A DNA stretch of 63,735 nucleotides, counting the filler, from Sphacelaria rigidula (Eukaryota), in NCBI GenBank assembly GCA_964200075.2. It is 8 parts of 8 records of this genome, joined end to end, with 100 filler letters (N's around TTAATTAATTAA, not from the genome) between each part and the next. Parts side by side here need not be neighbours in the genome. Positions count along the whole stretch, not along the records: positions 1 to 7,881 come from CAXNAA020013118.1; positions 7,982 to 15,861 come from CAXNAA020013119.1; 6 more parts are not named here. One strand, written 5' to 3'. Shown here piece by piece: positions 1 to 13,866 of this stretch. Under the pieces are notes generated by a model. It worked only from the letters and a program-made list of their open reading frames with translations. It was not told where the DNA came from and did not search any database. The position numbers were made by a program, and so were the translations under genes. The first letter of the stretch is position 1. The number at the start of each line of letters is the position of its first letter.

Positions 1-228
1 GCGGTCAACGCTTCCGAGCCCCCCCCCCCCCCCCCCCCTGGGCGGGATAGAATCGTTCCTGCGCGGTGTTGAAATGCCCTACGCGGTATAACCCAGCAGA
101 ACGATTTCTAAGATCGACGGCTACACCAAGACGCCAAGTACTCGGGAAGAGGGACATGGTATCGCGGCGACCCATCGTGTGAACCACGTTCAGTCCCAGG
201 GTTTTTCAACCCTAGCACTGAGGGGGGG
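1..228 (+). mobile_element. 3' internal region and polypurine tract of a Ty3/Gypsy LTR retrotransposon (same family as 28085-29659)
   Basis: Colinear similarity to ~28800-29015; ends in the PPT GAGGGGGGG (220-228) directly before TGTTA. Confidence 0.8.
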
Positions 229-881
229 TGTTACGGATCGCGGCGTGGCGTGGTGGATAAGGGTAGTACGATGATGGGCCGTCGATTCAAAACGACTTAC
301 GCGCCCCGAGGGCTGATCGCGGGAAATGGCTAGTACCGCAGGCAGGGGTGAGGCGTTATGTAAATCCGCCGAGAGACGGTATACATAAACATGCCTCTTT
401 ACATCTGGCTGGATCCGGTTCTTGCCGAGGACCGACCCAATCGGCTGCACCCTGGTGTCCACTCCTTTTCGGAAGTGCGAAGTCTCGACGCCACCAATGA
501 GAGAAAGAGAAAAGAAATCGGCCTTAATCTGTGACCAAGCATATCGTGACGTTCGTCCTGTGTCATTTTACCTTGGACTTACCCACATGCTGTGAGCTTA
601 CGATTGTTTCAAGAGTAACGGTGAGACAGTAAGATGTTTGATTCCAGCAGCGAGCAGATGCTAGAGGGTTGACATGATAGTAAAATCGAACTGTGCCGAA
701 TGGAATGGTGAATTGTGTAACCATATATAACAGTAAAAGTAAGTCATATTTGCATGAGCTAGCAAAACCTCGTGACCTGCATGACCGAAATCCTGTTGTT
801 GTTTCGCTCTAGTACTCGACTTGTGCAGTAGAGACATGCATGTGGACGACCACTACGGCCAACACTATTCTGTTTGTATCA
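229..881 (+). mobile_element. LTR (~650 bp, TGTTA...TATCA)
   Basis: Starts TG immediately after the PPT; similar to 29016-29659 and both copies stop matching right after ...TTTGTATCA. Confidence 0.75.
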
Positions 882-3800
882 TGGCGCTTTTGCAACCGGG
901 ACTATTGTGTCGACTGTTGTCATCTGCGACGCATTGATCACTCCTCTCTTTCAACGAAGCATCAGCCACCATAATGCTTCGGTCTCCATATATGAAAAAT
1001 CTTTGTCACCTCAAACGATAACCCCGCATGTAATGACGAATAAACGAACTGTGCCTTATATGACTATTCGAGAGTATAAAGCGTACTTGAAGTACAATTC
1101 CCCGCTCTGCAACATGTTTGACATCGTCTCCCAACGCGTCTGACAAATACTCGTGGACACATAAAAGATTTTTGTGCGCATATGACCTCTATCTTTTGGT
1201 TGACGACGTCCCCCAACAGTTTGAAATGATGTTTCCACACGAAGGCAAGACACCCGTTCTGCTCTACTACGCTACAGTGGTGAATAGTAACTATGGCTGT
1301 GATGCGAGTTAGCTCATCATGCAATGCCTGCAGACCGTGCCTTGAAAGGGAACATAAACCTAGTCTGCTAACCTGACGTCGCATGTTATGTACACCCAAT
1401 ATATACTGTATACATTTCAGCGTACAATGCGGGTATTTGCAATGTAGCCCGCTTGATTTGGAGCTTGCTGTGCACTGTTGACAAATCGGAGGTACCTTCT
1501 GCCTTGAATGTTTAAATCAAATTTTTGATGTACTCCTATTTACTGTCTGTTGCAGTTGAACTGGGGGTATAAAAGCAGGTCATTTGCTGTGTGCACCCCA
1601 TCACCTGATGTAGCGTTATCACAACGTTTGCGCAGTGCAAAAACCAAGCTGATACCCATCTTTCTGCAACCTGCATGATATCATCAATCATTCTCCTGCT
1701 TATCGACTGATACTGGAATGCATGAGACCATGAATCGACTCAGTATGATGCTCGGGTTGCAGCGGTGGTATCTAGAGTGCAATCCCCCGCCCCAAGTACT
1801 GTCATCGGTCTGCTGCTATCCAAACTTGCTTGTGCCTTGACAAGTTGTAACCGAGAGGCACACCACCACAGCCGATTGATTCATGATTCACCGCACATAA
1901 GTTGTACTACGATACTTTTGCATACAGACTACCCCATTTTCCTGTAACCTGATGTGGCGTGCTGTCTTTATATTAATGCTACCAGTTATCCCTCAACATC
2001 ATCCTGCATCGATCGCGCCGTACTGTTCGATGGTATGTTACCTTGTGTCGCTCAAAAACTGACGGACCTGTGGCAAGGTTTCGCCCCATACACATTGCCA
2101 TATAAATGCGGAGTATTTTTAGATTTTTTGCGTATTTCGTGCTAGCTGCCCTGCACACGCCTGTTCGCAAACTGATATGTGGGATGTGTAACACCGAGTT
2201 GACACCTGGTGATAAGCGACTGTACTGTGTTGTACTGTACTGTGCTAATGCTGGATTTCGCTTTGCACAAACGTTTGCACCGATGCTTGCGTACTTCCGT
2301 CAGTCGTCCTGCATTTGCTTGCCCCCAACGTGATATTTTAGCGGCATACACCAAACATGTCATGTTACTAGCTGGATACTGTTACTCTGTAAAAGCCAAA
2401 TCTTGTCGTGTAGACCTGAATGAGTAGGGTCACGGTGGATGCTAAAATTGCATCACTCTCTATACTGCTTTACTAAATCTTTCCATGCGACAGCTGCTGT
2501 GTGCTTTCTGCTGTGTGATGCAGCTGACAAGAGCAACACAACACTATGCCGTCTTCGCCCATCAAACTTGTGTTTACTGTATTCGCCACACATGTACCTG
2601 TACGCCGCCCTGTTGTTGTGAGTATGAAGAGCTGTACGACGCCCTCTCGTTGAGAGTATTGACGATTTTGACCACGAGGGTAGGTCACCTACTGACTTGG
2701 CATCAATATTCACTTGGAAAAAAAGATATGCATGGCGCAGAGGGACTACCCGCACTGCGGTCTAGAGTTCACGACGCCATACTGTGTTTCACTGTCTGAA
2801 CTGCTGCTTACAACCGCCGTATCCGTTGGGCACACAAGATTGTGTTGCTGCATCCACGTCTTTACTGTCGTAGTTTGCACCGACAACTCTCCTGCTTCAT
2901 GATTGCTCTGCACACGAATTCCAGCCGATTGTTCCGCATTCGAAAAACAAAATTAACGGCCTATTGCACCACTGTCTGGGCTGTTTCTGACAAAACGATC
3001 CTGGTTTTGTCCGCAATTCATAATGCTGTAACCACACGCTCGGGGTGCGCCGCTGAACAGACTAACGTTAGACTTGTTCACAACTGACGCTGCTGTTGCT
3101 ATACGCTATGATTTTTTTGGGTTTCACACAGCTGGCTGAAATGGAACCATGGTACAATATTCTGCCCCATACTCACTCAAACTCGACGAGACCCGCTGGA
3201 TTAAAAATCGCTTTCGTCTCCACACATTGAGTTGTGATTAAGACCCTCGGGTTTTTTACCACATGCAACCGTTATATTTATTGTGATGCTGTTTCAGGAT
3301 GGCCTTACAAAATGACTGTACTGATTGTATATGGCCTGCACTATCTCCTCCATAACACACCCAACTGTGTGCTCAGCTAACATTTCATGAGTAATGTGCT
3401 TATACTGTATGTGGGGGCAAACCGTGGCGAATCACCATCGAACATCGAATGTCAGACTATGCCCGTGGAAGATGCCCAGATCACCTCTGCCATGTACTGT
3501 TAATCCGAGTATATACAGCATAATATATATATACTTTTGGGAACGCGAACCACTTTCTAGAGTATCTCATGCATGACCACGTAGGCAACGGTGAAAGAGA
3601 AACTGAATCGCTTCTGGAGCTGTGATCACTGTACTGCGTTGGACGTATTTTCTCTTGCTATGCTTTTGAGGGTTGGTCGCTGAACACGGTGAGACAATAC
3701 AGTACGGATCCCTGAACCATACTCGGTACGTCAGTATTTGAAATATGGTCGTCACGATAGTATAATGATAAATTAACTCAGTGCACAAACAGATGTGTAG

Positions 3801-4787
3801 TTGAGGCATGTTCCGGCATAGTCAACATGGTATATTAGTCATCACGTATTTGCATGCGCATGAAATGACTCAACTGGATGCTTGCTCGAGACCACGAGAT
3901 ATATCGCCTGTCTGTAAGCCAGTTGCGACGCTCAATGCCAAGAACCCCAACACTTTACAGACTCTGTTACTTCGCAAATTCATGAAACTGCTTCTGTGAC
4001 CGTAATACCACACCGGTTGTGCATACATGCTACAAGACACGATACCATGTGCTTTGACTTTACTTCACGACTTTCAACACAATTGTTTCCGTGTGCACCT
4101 AATAACCGCACCTCGTACAGGACCGTGTATGCAACTGATAGAAAATGACATTGTTATGCTGCCGTCCGCTAGCGCACGGAAATCTGTTTGTGTAACCGTA
4201 CTGTCATACTGTCTGCATACATGCCACCAGGCACGGTACCTATTAGCCGTGACCATAAATTGCGAGGCTTGAATGAACGAAACATGAGGTATTCACCCTA
4301 CCCCCTGGTCAGGGGGGGCAAATCATTAATGCTCGAAATGCTTTTTTGTCATGGAAAATGGATGCAACCTCTATGTGGCTCCCCCTGTGTGATCGTTTGC
4401 GCCCTTGGTAGATATATTCAAAGAGATTATGCGAGTCATGCATGCGTAAAACAAATGGATAGTTATGTGAAGTTGTTTCGATTCTTAGATATCACATAAC
4501 TTCTAGCTTACCATTCGACTGTGAAAACGTGGATGTTTGTTTCCAGATGCACTGCTGAACATACCATTAATTGATCGGTATTACCCGCAGCGGTGGATCA
4601 CAGGACTGTATGAAGCCTGCAACAGTTGCTCGTCGACAATTATTGTTGGTGCCCGCCTGCGAAATTCTACGTGGCCACTCATGAGTGTGATAATCAAACC
4701 AGATCCACAACGACTGAGCGGCTATGCGTGAAGCTGCACGCTAATGTGTTTGCATGAGGCCACCAGACGGATGCTCCGTCAGGTCCC

Positions 4788-4941
4788 GTTGACCGTCTAT
4801 ACTCGTGCATGCTTCGACAATCATTTCGAAGATGGCCGTCTACTTGTGCACGCTCTGACAATCCATTCGAAGATGACAGTCTACATGTGCGTGCTCCGAT
4901 AATCAATTGGAAGATGACCGTCTACCTGTGCGCGTTATGAC
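4788..4941. repeat. Degenerate 41-bp tandem repeat, ~4 units
   Basis: GAAGATG(G/A)C(C/A)GTCTAC recurs at 4828, 4869 and 4910. Confidence 0.75.
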
Positions 4942-7881
4942 CGTCCCGGAGGCAGCCCTGCCTACATTCTTCTGGTCTTGAGAGTCCATGGATTCCACAC
5001 ATCCCTTTGCCGAGATTTATACCAAAACTAATCTGATGAAAGTTGGTGGCTTTTGGCTTGTAATGAACAACTCGTGTGTTCATCGTCGAGACTATGCAAG
5101 TTGCTAACATACAAGCCAGACATCGAATGGATGAACGAGGAAGTTGTATGAACCATATATATATATATATATATATACAAGGATTGGACGAGGCTGCCTT
5201 GACGGCGGCCCCGTCCTCAAGTAGAGGCGTCCCGACCTCAAGTACAGGATGAGAAAATGCCATGAAAGAAGAGGTATACGCGTTGGTGTATGTAATGGTA
5301 TCGGGGGATACCAAGAGGGTGAAGCTGTGGTGGTTGAGCGACACGTACAGGGATGCCGCAACGCACTTTGTTGGTGATGTAGGAGATGTACACGTGGACA
5401 GATAGCACCCTGTGGGGCGCACTGTGCAGGGTCCGTACAGGGTCCTCCACAGTCTTCGTGAAAAAATCCTGACAGTAAAATGCAAAATCTGTACCCATGG
5501 CAGCGTTTTGATAGGGTTTTCCCCAGGGTTGGATTTGCAGCCCTGTGTAGGCACGTCGGCAAAGCCCTGCACAGTCATGTGTTAGTGTTTTGGTGAAAAA
5601 ACCTCAAGTTTTTTCGAAAATTCCAAATATTTTGGTACAAAATCTGTAAATTTATATATCTTTAATACCTTGTCCTCCTGTCCGAGGTAAATTCCTCTTC
5701 ACCCGATTTGAGCCGAGCGAAAAGGAATTTATTGTGGATAGCAGGTCAAGCTAGATCCAAAACAGATCCTTTTCTCGCCCGATTAGTTTCGGCAAAGGAA
5801 GGGATTTATTTAGAACAGCAGAAAAAGCTGTTCAAGATCGATCCTTTTTTCGCTCATTTTCGAGATGAGCGAAAAAGGATCTATTTCGAACAGCTCCTTT
5901 TGCTGCGCAAATCCCATGCACACTGGCAGATTCGGAATTTGACCGGCAGAAGAAGCTCGAAATAAATGTTTACTTTTCCCTCCAATTCATCCAGAGATTG
6001 AGGGAAAAGAAATTCATGGCGAGCTGCGTCAGCTGCTGGGCAAATCCCGCACACTGCATCGTCACCGGCGCATGGGATCCGACACGCAGAAAAGTTGCTG
6101 AAAGGTATTCATCCTTTTGCCCCCGAGTCCATGTGTACATGGACTGGATTGAATAGCTCTCAACCGCTTTCGCTGAACAGAGATCACACACGTTGGATAC
6201 GTGTGTATATCCACACCTGCGCTTCGTGTGAAGCCCCTGGGAAGGTGGGAAGTTACCAAATGACCGGGTATACCTCGTCAATCATTCTACATTTTCCCCA
6301 AAACCCCGTCTTCCGTTGTCTACTAACACGAACCATGTTTAGAAAATATCACTTAATCAATCGTATATGAATAGTATATATCTGGACCATCACTACGTGT
6401 ATTTATCACCGCACACAAATCGAACATCACCAAAAGCACCCGCCCGCACAACAGTGCTATTATTCCGCCCAGCTATACCACCACAACCCCGCAGCAAAGA
6501 GCACGGGTTGGGCACAGGGATATAGACACATACACGCACTGCCGTGCGGCGGGTGGATATGATGTTTTTCTCGTTGGTGGAAACTGGAGCACCTACTCCT
6601 TTCATGGTCGCGACATCGCGCGGCGACGACATACGCGGGGTGCGTATATACAGGCACGGGTGCGAAGAACAACAATCAACCGGCCGCCTATGGTATGCAT
6701 ATACACACTCACCATCATATATGCATGCTGCGGATCGCGGACGCACCGCGATATAACATATACTGTAGTACAGTATATACAGGCCGCGCGTACGATATGC
6801 TGCACGTTGTTCAAGTCCTTTTCACGTCGCACTTTAGGTAGAGAACATACATATAAACATTGTCCTGCGCTGTCTGTACTGTATACGTTTCCCCTTCCCT
6901 TGTTTCACGCCCTACTTACTGCGTGCTGCAGCAGCTGTGCGCGCAAATATATTATGTGGAACGGGCGTGAAAAACTGGAGTTCGTGGCGGTATACAACAC
7001 CCGCCCCATATGTCAAAATAAGCTGCAGGCATCTGCACATTGTATTGATAGCCAGCCATCTGCAGTACATGGCGCCGCACGTATAAGCACCGCGGTATAG
7101 CGCACTGTCCCGCATGCAATGGTATTGTACAGTCCAGTATAGTTTATTGTTGTGAATATATATCCTGATTACGCAGTATGCGATAAGATCGATGTTTCAT
7201 TATCTTCTGTATATTGTGTTAGTTTCGCCGACGCGTGACAACGGGGTTTTCATCAGGTGTATGCATCTATCAGCGAGGTCAATTGAGATCTGTTATCATG
7301 ACACCAGCTGCAACAAACGTTTGCGTGCAGTAAACAGGACGTGAACAGCTGAAGCTTCTCGCGAGCAAGTTCTTTCTCCATCCAATTTCAGGTGTTCTTG
7401 GTGGTGTACAAACTCCATCTGCGATATACAGTAGCGTATATAGGATTGTCTGTACAGCTGAAGCTCTTCGAAATGAATCCTTTCCCAACTATATTCTAAG
7501 TTTGGAATTAGGATTTATTTCGAATGAATTCTTTTTGCCCTATTCCAAGTTTGGAATTAGGATTTATTTCGAACAGCAGCGGCTGACCAAATACCAGATT
7601 TCCATTACACTTGTGCCTCTAAAAACAATTCGGGGGATTCCAGTGTTATTGACACGGACCTTCGAGGGCCGCCCCAAAATTCAGAAGTACAAAAAACTCG
7701 ACCGATTTCAACGACTACCACGAGTAGCTCCGTGTGTAACCGGTAGGCGATGTAATTGTGAAGACGAGAGTTCGATTACTGTCCAACCAAACCAGTTCTT
7801 TTTTCCGCCAGTACCTTGCGCCCGCAGCTGCATGTGAAGAGTAGTGTTTGTGCGTAAACACACTGTACAGCATTCCCAGCA

Positions 7882-7981
7882 NNNNNNNNNNNNNNNNNNN
7901 NNNNNNNNNNNNNNNNNNNNNNNNNTTAATTAATTAANNNNNNNNNNNNNNNNNNNNNNNNNNNNNNNNNNNNNNNNNNNN
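7882..7981. other. Artificial contig linker N44-TTAATTAATTAA-N44
   Basis: Identical 100-bp spacer with stops in all frames, present 7 times. Confidence 0.98.
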
Positions 7982-8140
7982 TATTATTATTACTACTATT
8001 ATTATTATTATTTCCGCACATTAGTCCGATCTCGTGAACCCGTGGTCACAGATTCAAACTCACAAAACGCGATACAAGCAAAACAGGAATAAATAATGAA
8101 GAAGGAAGGGAGTACATATGGCTAACCTCAGAAGATCCGG
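7982..8140 (-). mobile_element. 3' end fragment of an RTE-like LINE with (TAT)n tail
   Basis: CACAAAACGCGATACAAGC...ATATGGCTAACCTCAGAAGA shared with the LINE 3' UTR at ~33045-33125. Confidence 0.65.
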
Positions 8141-8432
8141 TTTATGCCATTTTCGCGGCCCGCTGCCCTCTCGGCACTTGCATGACATCACAAATTGCCC
8201 TTCCTTGGGATTTGGCGTGTTTCGTTGTTGGTCCGATCCTACAATGATGGGAAGGGGGGCGTTTGGTTGGGGTCACGAGTGTGTTACTACTGTATTGGAT
8301 ACACCACCCCCCACCCTTTAGCGATGAACTTTTATACGGGTGGAAACCATGTCGTGTGGTTTGAAACGGAACTTGTTGCTGATGTCAAGAACGTCTATGA
8401 AGCGACGTGACTTCTTCGTGCAACAATTGGCT

Positions 8433-8436
<4 letters not shown>

Positions 8437-8473
<37 letters not shown>

Positions 8474-8533
8474 CACCACCACCACCACCACCACCACCAC
8501 CACCACCACCACCACCACCACCACCACCACCAC
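8437..8533. repeat. Compound microsatellite (CA)n-(CAC)n
   Basis: Seen directly; explains the poly-T/P/W ORFs here. Confidence 0.97.
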
Positions 8534-9596
8534 GCTATCACAGGATAAGTTTCGTTCGCTTGTTCGGGTGCAGAATGGTCTGCATCGAGGGGTGCATATT
8601 TCGTGGTCAGCCTCACTTCTGGTGCTTTTGTGACGTCATATGTTACCCCTGTATACCTGTTCGCACCGTATATTGTAGTCCAAACGAAACAAGAGAAGGG
8701 CAGCTGGTGAGAAAGTTTTTCCGTTTCTTTACTACATTGATTCATTTGATCGTGAATATGTCAGGCTTTGGACGTCCTCGAAATTGAGCCCTTGACTGGT
8801 TTGATCGATTGATTTGCCTTGCTATAGACCCAAGGCCGACCCAACTCCAACCGATATCAGACAGAAAATCCTCTGGCAAAAGGGTGAGCAGGGTTTCCTA
8901 TACGAAGAGTAAGAGTACGTTGGCACGTGAAGTGCTTTATGCCCTTCAAAGATGCAAATCTGTGATCCGGAACAATAATCGGGGACGCTTCGACCATGAA
9001 GATTTAACGACCAACTCGCGCAGGTAAAATGGATGGGTACGGCAACCTCACCTTTAATATCGTCTGCATCACGGTGTATTCCAATTTGATGCTCACCTTT
9101 CATGCGGACAAAGTTCTACACGGTCTGTGGTCGGCTACTTCTGTACATGACAACAGCCAGTAACACTGCCTGTGATTTACACTGTGTATCTCTCCCACAG
9201 TGACTGCAATCTGTCGCCTGTTCTCCACTATTTTGTACAGGCGTGCACATCCTCACCTCGGTCGACCCGGCAGCACGCCAACTCCCCGGGTGTGGGGCGG
9301 TTTCGCCCAATTCCTGCCTTTAGTACGCCTCAACCACGTATTGAAGTGTGCTGAGGTGGAAATATCTACCCGCTTCTGCCTCCCGTACACCGTGGGTGTA
9401 CACGCGATCTGTGCCTGGCAGTTGATTACTGTTTGGATATTCGCATAACGGAGAATTCGACCGTGCTTCAGCCGTTCAGTTCTTCACGCTTCTTCACGCT
9501 TCTTCACGAACACACCAGGCATCACGGGCAGCAGCGGCGACGGCTTGGAGTAGCCCAAACCGCGCCGAGTGTAGCGGGATACTTCCAGCATCTTAG

Positions 9597-9910
9597 ATGT
9601 CGTCTCATTATTTGTGCGTTCGTGACTGCCGGCATCCGCTGTGGGGCGGCGAAGGGCGATGTATCCACACCAAGGGGTCGGCACACGACAAGTGTATCTG
9701 TGACCCTGGGTACAATTCGATGGACACCCTTGGGAATGCTAGCTGTGTCCCGCATCTGGTGCAAGAGATAGGGTATCTTACAACGGGACTGTTCTCTGCC
9801 GTGGCTACGATGTGCCTGATATGGAATGCGGTTCAATTTTGGCATCTTCCTGCACAGACCCGAGCGACACGACGGAGCAAGCTGAGGCTTCGAGTTCTCG
9901 TTCCTTCAAT
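9597..9910 (+). pseudogene. Exon encoding an EGF-like module plus a transmembrane helix (in-frame TAG just upstream; possibly decayed)
   Basis: CVRDC...GEGRC...KCICDPGY...SC followed by hydrophobic IGYLTTGLFSAVATMCLIWNAV and basic RRSKLRLR; GTGAG donor at 9911. Confidence 0.55.
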
Positions 9911-12523
9911 GTGAGATAGATTATTGTGCGCTGCACGGCGGGTTTTCTGTTATCTCGTGCCCAGGGTATCGCCTGTAGTACAGTAACACAGTACAGCAGT
10001 GCGTTGCGTGCTGGACAGCGGTAAGTCCAATGCACAAGTACATTGGGTATAGAGTTGGTCGCTCAACAGGTCTTGATGGCAGTACAACATGCAGTTGTTT
10101 ATATTGGATGAAAACGTGGATATTTACGCTAGTGGAGTTGAGAATGGTTTCGGTACATCATCAATCATATAAAGCAACGATATACAGGCATGTTCTCATG
10201 GTTAGGCAGGATGGTGTGGTGTCCGCCTTGTGGTGAGCATTGAGAAAGATGTCAAGACATCGAGTATGGGACTTCGAGGACTGCTGTGCTGTCAACTGTT
10301 GTTGGCGTAAAAAGTGTCATCTCTCCCGTGGTGGTGGCCGCGATGATCATGGTCATTCCTGCACACTGGCCGAGAAGAGATCACCCGCATCATCTAGATA
10401 AAGTACATGTAGGAAGATTCTGTTTTGGATTATGAAATCTGGACGCCAACTACACGGCGAAAAACGGTTCAGGCCAGTGTTGACTTCCGTACAGTACAAC
10501 AGTAGATGCTCGTCCGGAATGTTTCATGAGACGAGATACGTACCGAATTTTCATATATTGGGTGTTTGAACCCCATTTGTAAACGTGGTAGACCCAATCC
10601 TAACCCCAACCCGAACCCAAGGCAGATGATGAAGAACCCGCGAGCACCCGGGGAAGGCGTGTTCATATGGTGTTGAAGGCAATGTGTGCGTTGGTAGAGT
10701 CAGTCGACGCCGAAGGTGTCGAAAAGTGTTACAGCGCTTCCTTTTCCGCGAAGACCGGGGCTGTGACCACTTGAAAGATTTGAATCTGAGGTCCTATACC
10801 ATTATATCAGAGCCAAGTACGAGGTAAAAATTTGGTCGTGGAAATTGACGAATATTCATCATCACTACCACGCTACTACTCACTGCCTGTACAGCCCCCC
10901 GAGTGCTCGCCAGCAATTGCCGCACACGGGTCTTCTAGAGTAAGCTCTTGCAGCTTCTTTTCTCAAAGCACGCTGTGTGTACGGCACCCTTTTTAATCCC
11001 TTTCGCGAATTCTTTCGATATGCCTTTAGTTGGGGGGGGCACGGACTGTGAGGTTTCATGCGACTTGTGGAAGGGTGAAGCATGCGCAATTTATTTCACC
11101 CTGGTTCGCGTGAGCGTTCGAGCAGACTTCATGATTGTGAACATTACTGCTCTTTCAGAAACCCTTGGCGCCCGCCGCTACCGGTAAGGTTGTTTCCTTG
11201 GCACTGTGACTGCCCCTGATGAGGACCCTCCCGGTGCCAAAGGGTTCATGGTCTGCATTTCCTAGCGAACAGGGTCATCGTTGAGGTCAGTGTTCGGATG
11301 GATAGGGTTGGGCTTGACTTGGTAGACCGCAAGGGTAGTCTATCTGGACCACTCACACTTTTTTCAAGTGGAATTGATGTATATCCAACATATGACGTAA
11401 TCTCGCTGTTTCAGGGTCGGATTGGGATGGTGGCATGATAAACAGTGGCACCATAAGTCCACCAGTGATAAATCTTTGGCGGAAACGAAGTGTGTACCCG
11501 CACAAGTGCAATTTGTGTTCTTCCGCCTTTCCCAAGAGTGTTCTGCCGCCTTCCCAGAAAATATCAAATGCCCTTCCGACTAGCATGTCGGCACATCCGC
11601 GCATTCATCCACCATTCACCTACCATATAAATTGCCGCTGCGCGCCTGTGACCGCACCGATACATGTTGGAACCGGTTGCGCCCGGAGTCGAGGTTTCGA
11701 ATCATAGTGGATACGATATTTTTTCAATAGCATGTGACTTTCGTCATTGAAATCGTGTGGTCGTGTTGGGTTGTGCCACACCCCTGCATGTGCCCATGCG
11801 GTTGCAACGTTTATGTTCACCTTCGATCTAGCTGGCTGTCGGTGGCCCGGCAGATGACATTGTGAAAGTAGGCAAAGAGCCCCACCATGAAACAACTCGA
11901 GCTCTTGAACCTTTGACCATAAGCATAGGTCGTGTGTTGAATCTGCATTAATTTATCTCGATGATTTACTGTTTCACCGGAAAACCTAAATCCGAAGTCA
12001 AGATTCAACGCAACTCCTGGTAAAAGCAGTCTGGGATGTGGCGAGAAGCTGTACTTCTATCGTTGTGTACTTGGTTTACGCTGCGGGTGCATTAGCCTTG
12101 TCCGTTTGAAGTTACATGGATTCCCGGCGTGTTTGATTGGGTGATCGTTTCTATTCTCGCACATTGACTCATCCGCGCTTATAGCCGAGACGTGGTCGCG
12201 AGCTCGACTCGAATATTTTGTTCTCCTCGTGTACCTCAACTATTTTGCCACACCTCCTGTTTAGTCTTTTACTGTCTTTGCATCGAAAATATGAGCTGGG
12301 TATTGTCATCCTGTATCTTCGGAAGCATACCTCAGCACTGCCCACGGCCAAACAAAAGCATAGAGCTCGGCCTTTACCTGTCGATCTGCTGGGTGCTGTA
12401 CGTTGTACTTGCCGTTGGTTGGTCGAACCTCTTTAAATTCTCATGAGGGATTCTATACTGTACTTGGTGCCAGGTGCGTGCGGAGATGGATGATCAATTT
12501 CGGAAAGATGTCGAATGGTTTAA

Positions 12524-13866
12524 CCCTTAGACTGCGAGGTTAGTCTTCTGTTGAATCCACATCAATTTCAAGTAAGAAAAGGTATGCATGATCCAGAAGA
12601 CACATCTCGCAGTCTCAGGGTTGAAATGGCACGAATACGGCCACGGCTCGTCCAATAGTGAACAGATTTTCGTCAAATAGATATTCCTTCGTATACATGG
12701 ATGAGTAAGGGCTGGCGCTGGAGCCAACGCCCGTGTTCAACGGATCCCTGTGTGCGTATTTTGGGGGCAATCTAGGTGCGTAGCTGCTATGTCTACCCAG
12801 TACATCTTTCTGTACCAGAAAAGAGATATTGGACCAACGACCACTGCATCTTCAAACAAGCAACCACCGCACTTTCAAATCCTTGTGCAGATTTAGGTTT
12901 TGGTTCTGTTTTGAGCTTGCCCTGCTGTAGACCCTGTGAATTTTTTTTCTCAAAATAAGGGAGAAACCGCACCCCACACTCACCCCGCGAAGGCGCTCGT
13001 GTGCCGATCACTCGGCGGGTCGGCTAGACTGCTTGGCGGTTGTCATGGAGTATATAAGTGCCTCGAGCGTTCGGAAAGCTTTGGTCGAGACAGTGTGGGG
13101 GTTGAACCTACTGAAAAACCCTGTCAACTTAGCGCAGTGCACGCGCCGCCGTACTCCTATGAGTTGGCGCTGGCGTGGACATCGAGTACAATCCGACAGC
13201 ATCCCCGGAACGTTTCTCGAGATATATGAGCAGGATCCATACACTTCAACACATCTGCTCGATATTGACAATAAGTGGCATTCGGGCTACTAGGCACTTC
13301 GTTAGGAAACGAAGTATAACACAAACTTGACTAGTCCAGCCATTTCTGAGTCACACCCGGCCGTCTCATCCCCGATTCGACAAGAGCTGCCATCTTCTAT
13401 TTTATTATTTCGACAATTGCGGTAGAGCAGCAGCACCAGACCATCTTTCTTTGATGAGAGGATCGTTGAGAAAAGACCGGTGCTTTTTCTACGCTACGCG
13501 TATTTATGCCCGATTTTCGTCTGCCCCTCGATCGCATGGAAACTATTTCAGCGCCTTTTACAGAATATGTAATCGTACACTGCTGGATGCAAGCATTATT
13601 TTTCTAGGGTCATGATTTCTTCCCCCGGAAATTTGACGCTTTCGCTCACCTCTGTGGGCTTACGAAGTCGGTTAGGGGCACTGAAATGGTTTCCACGAGT
13701 TCGAGGGACATTGGGCCGACAAAAGAAGTCTTGAAGTATACGAGCTGGGCCAGCCTAGAAACGGATGTAGCCCCTGGACCGCGAGGTTAGTCTTTCTGGA
13801 CCATTCATACTTTCCCACTTGCAATTGATGCCGATTCAACAGAAGATTAACCTCGCGGTCTAAGGG
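12524..13866. mobile_element. Non-autonomous piggyBac-like element (1343 bp)
   Basis: TTAA at 12520-23 and 13867-70; CCCTTAGAC...GTCTAAGGG termini; ~97-bp imperfect TIRs; no transposase ORF recognised. Confidence 0.88.

Noticed and set aside
882-900. TGGCGC after the LTR as a primer-binding site (tandem element)
   Set aside because: Only a short match, and no recognisable gag follows.
4922-5578. 218-aa minus ORF
   Set aside because: Runs across an (AT)n tract and apparent repeat junctions; no domain signal.
8340-8787. Poly-Thr/Pro/Trp ORFs (likewise at 32606-33141, 51117-51576, 54824-55525 and the minus ORFs at 26651-27352)
   Set aside because: Products of microsatellites.
10591-10620. Telomeric repeat
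   Set aside because: Only about four degenerate CC(T/C/G)AAC units, interstitial.
11157-11255. Hammerhead ribozyme around CTGATGAG at ~11216
   Set aside because: A stem II-like pairing exists but is not followed by GAAA, and no valid cleavage triplet or stem III could be built.
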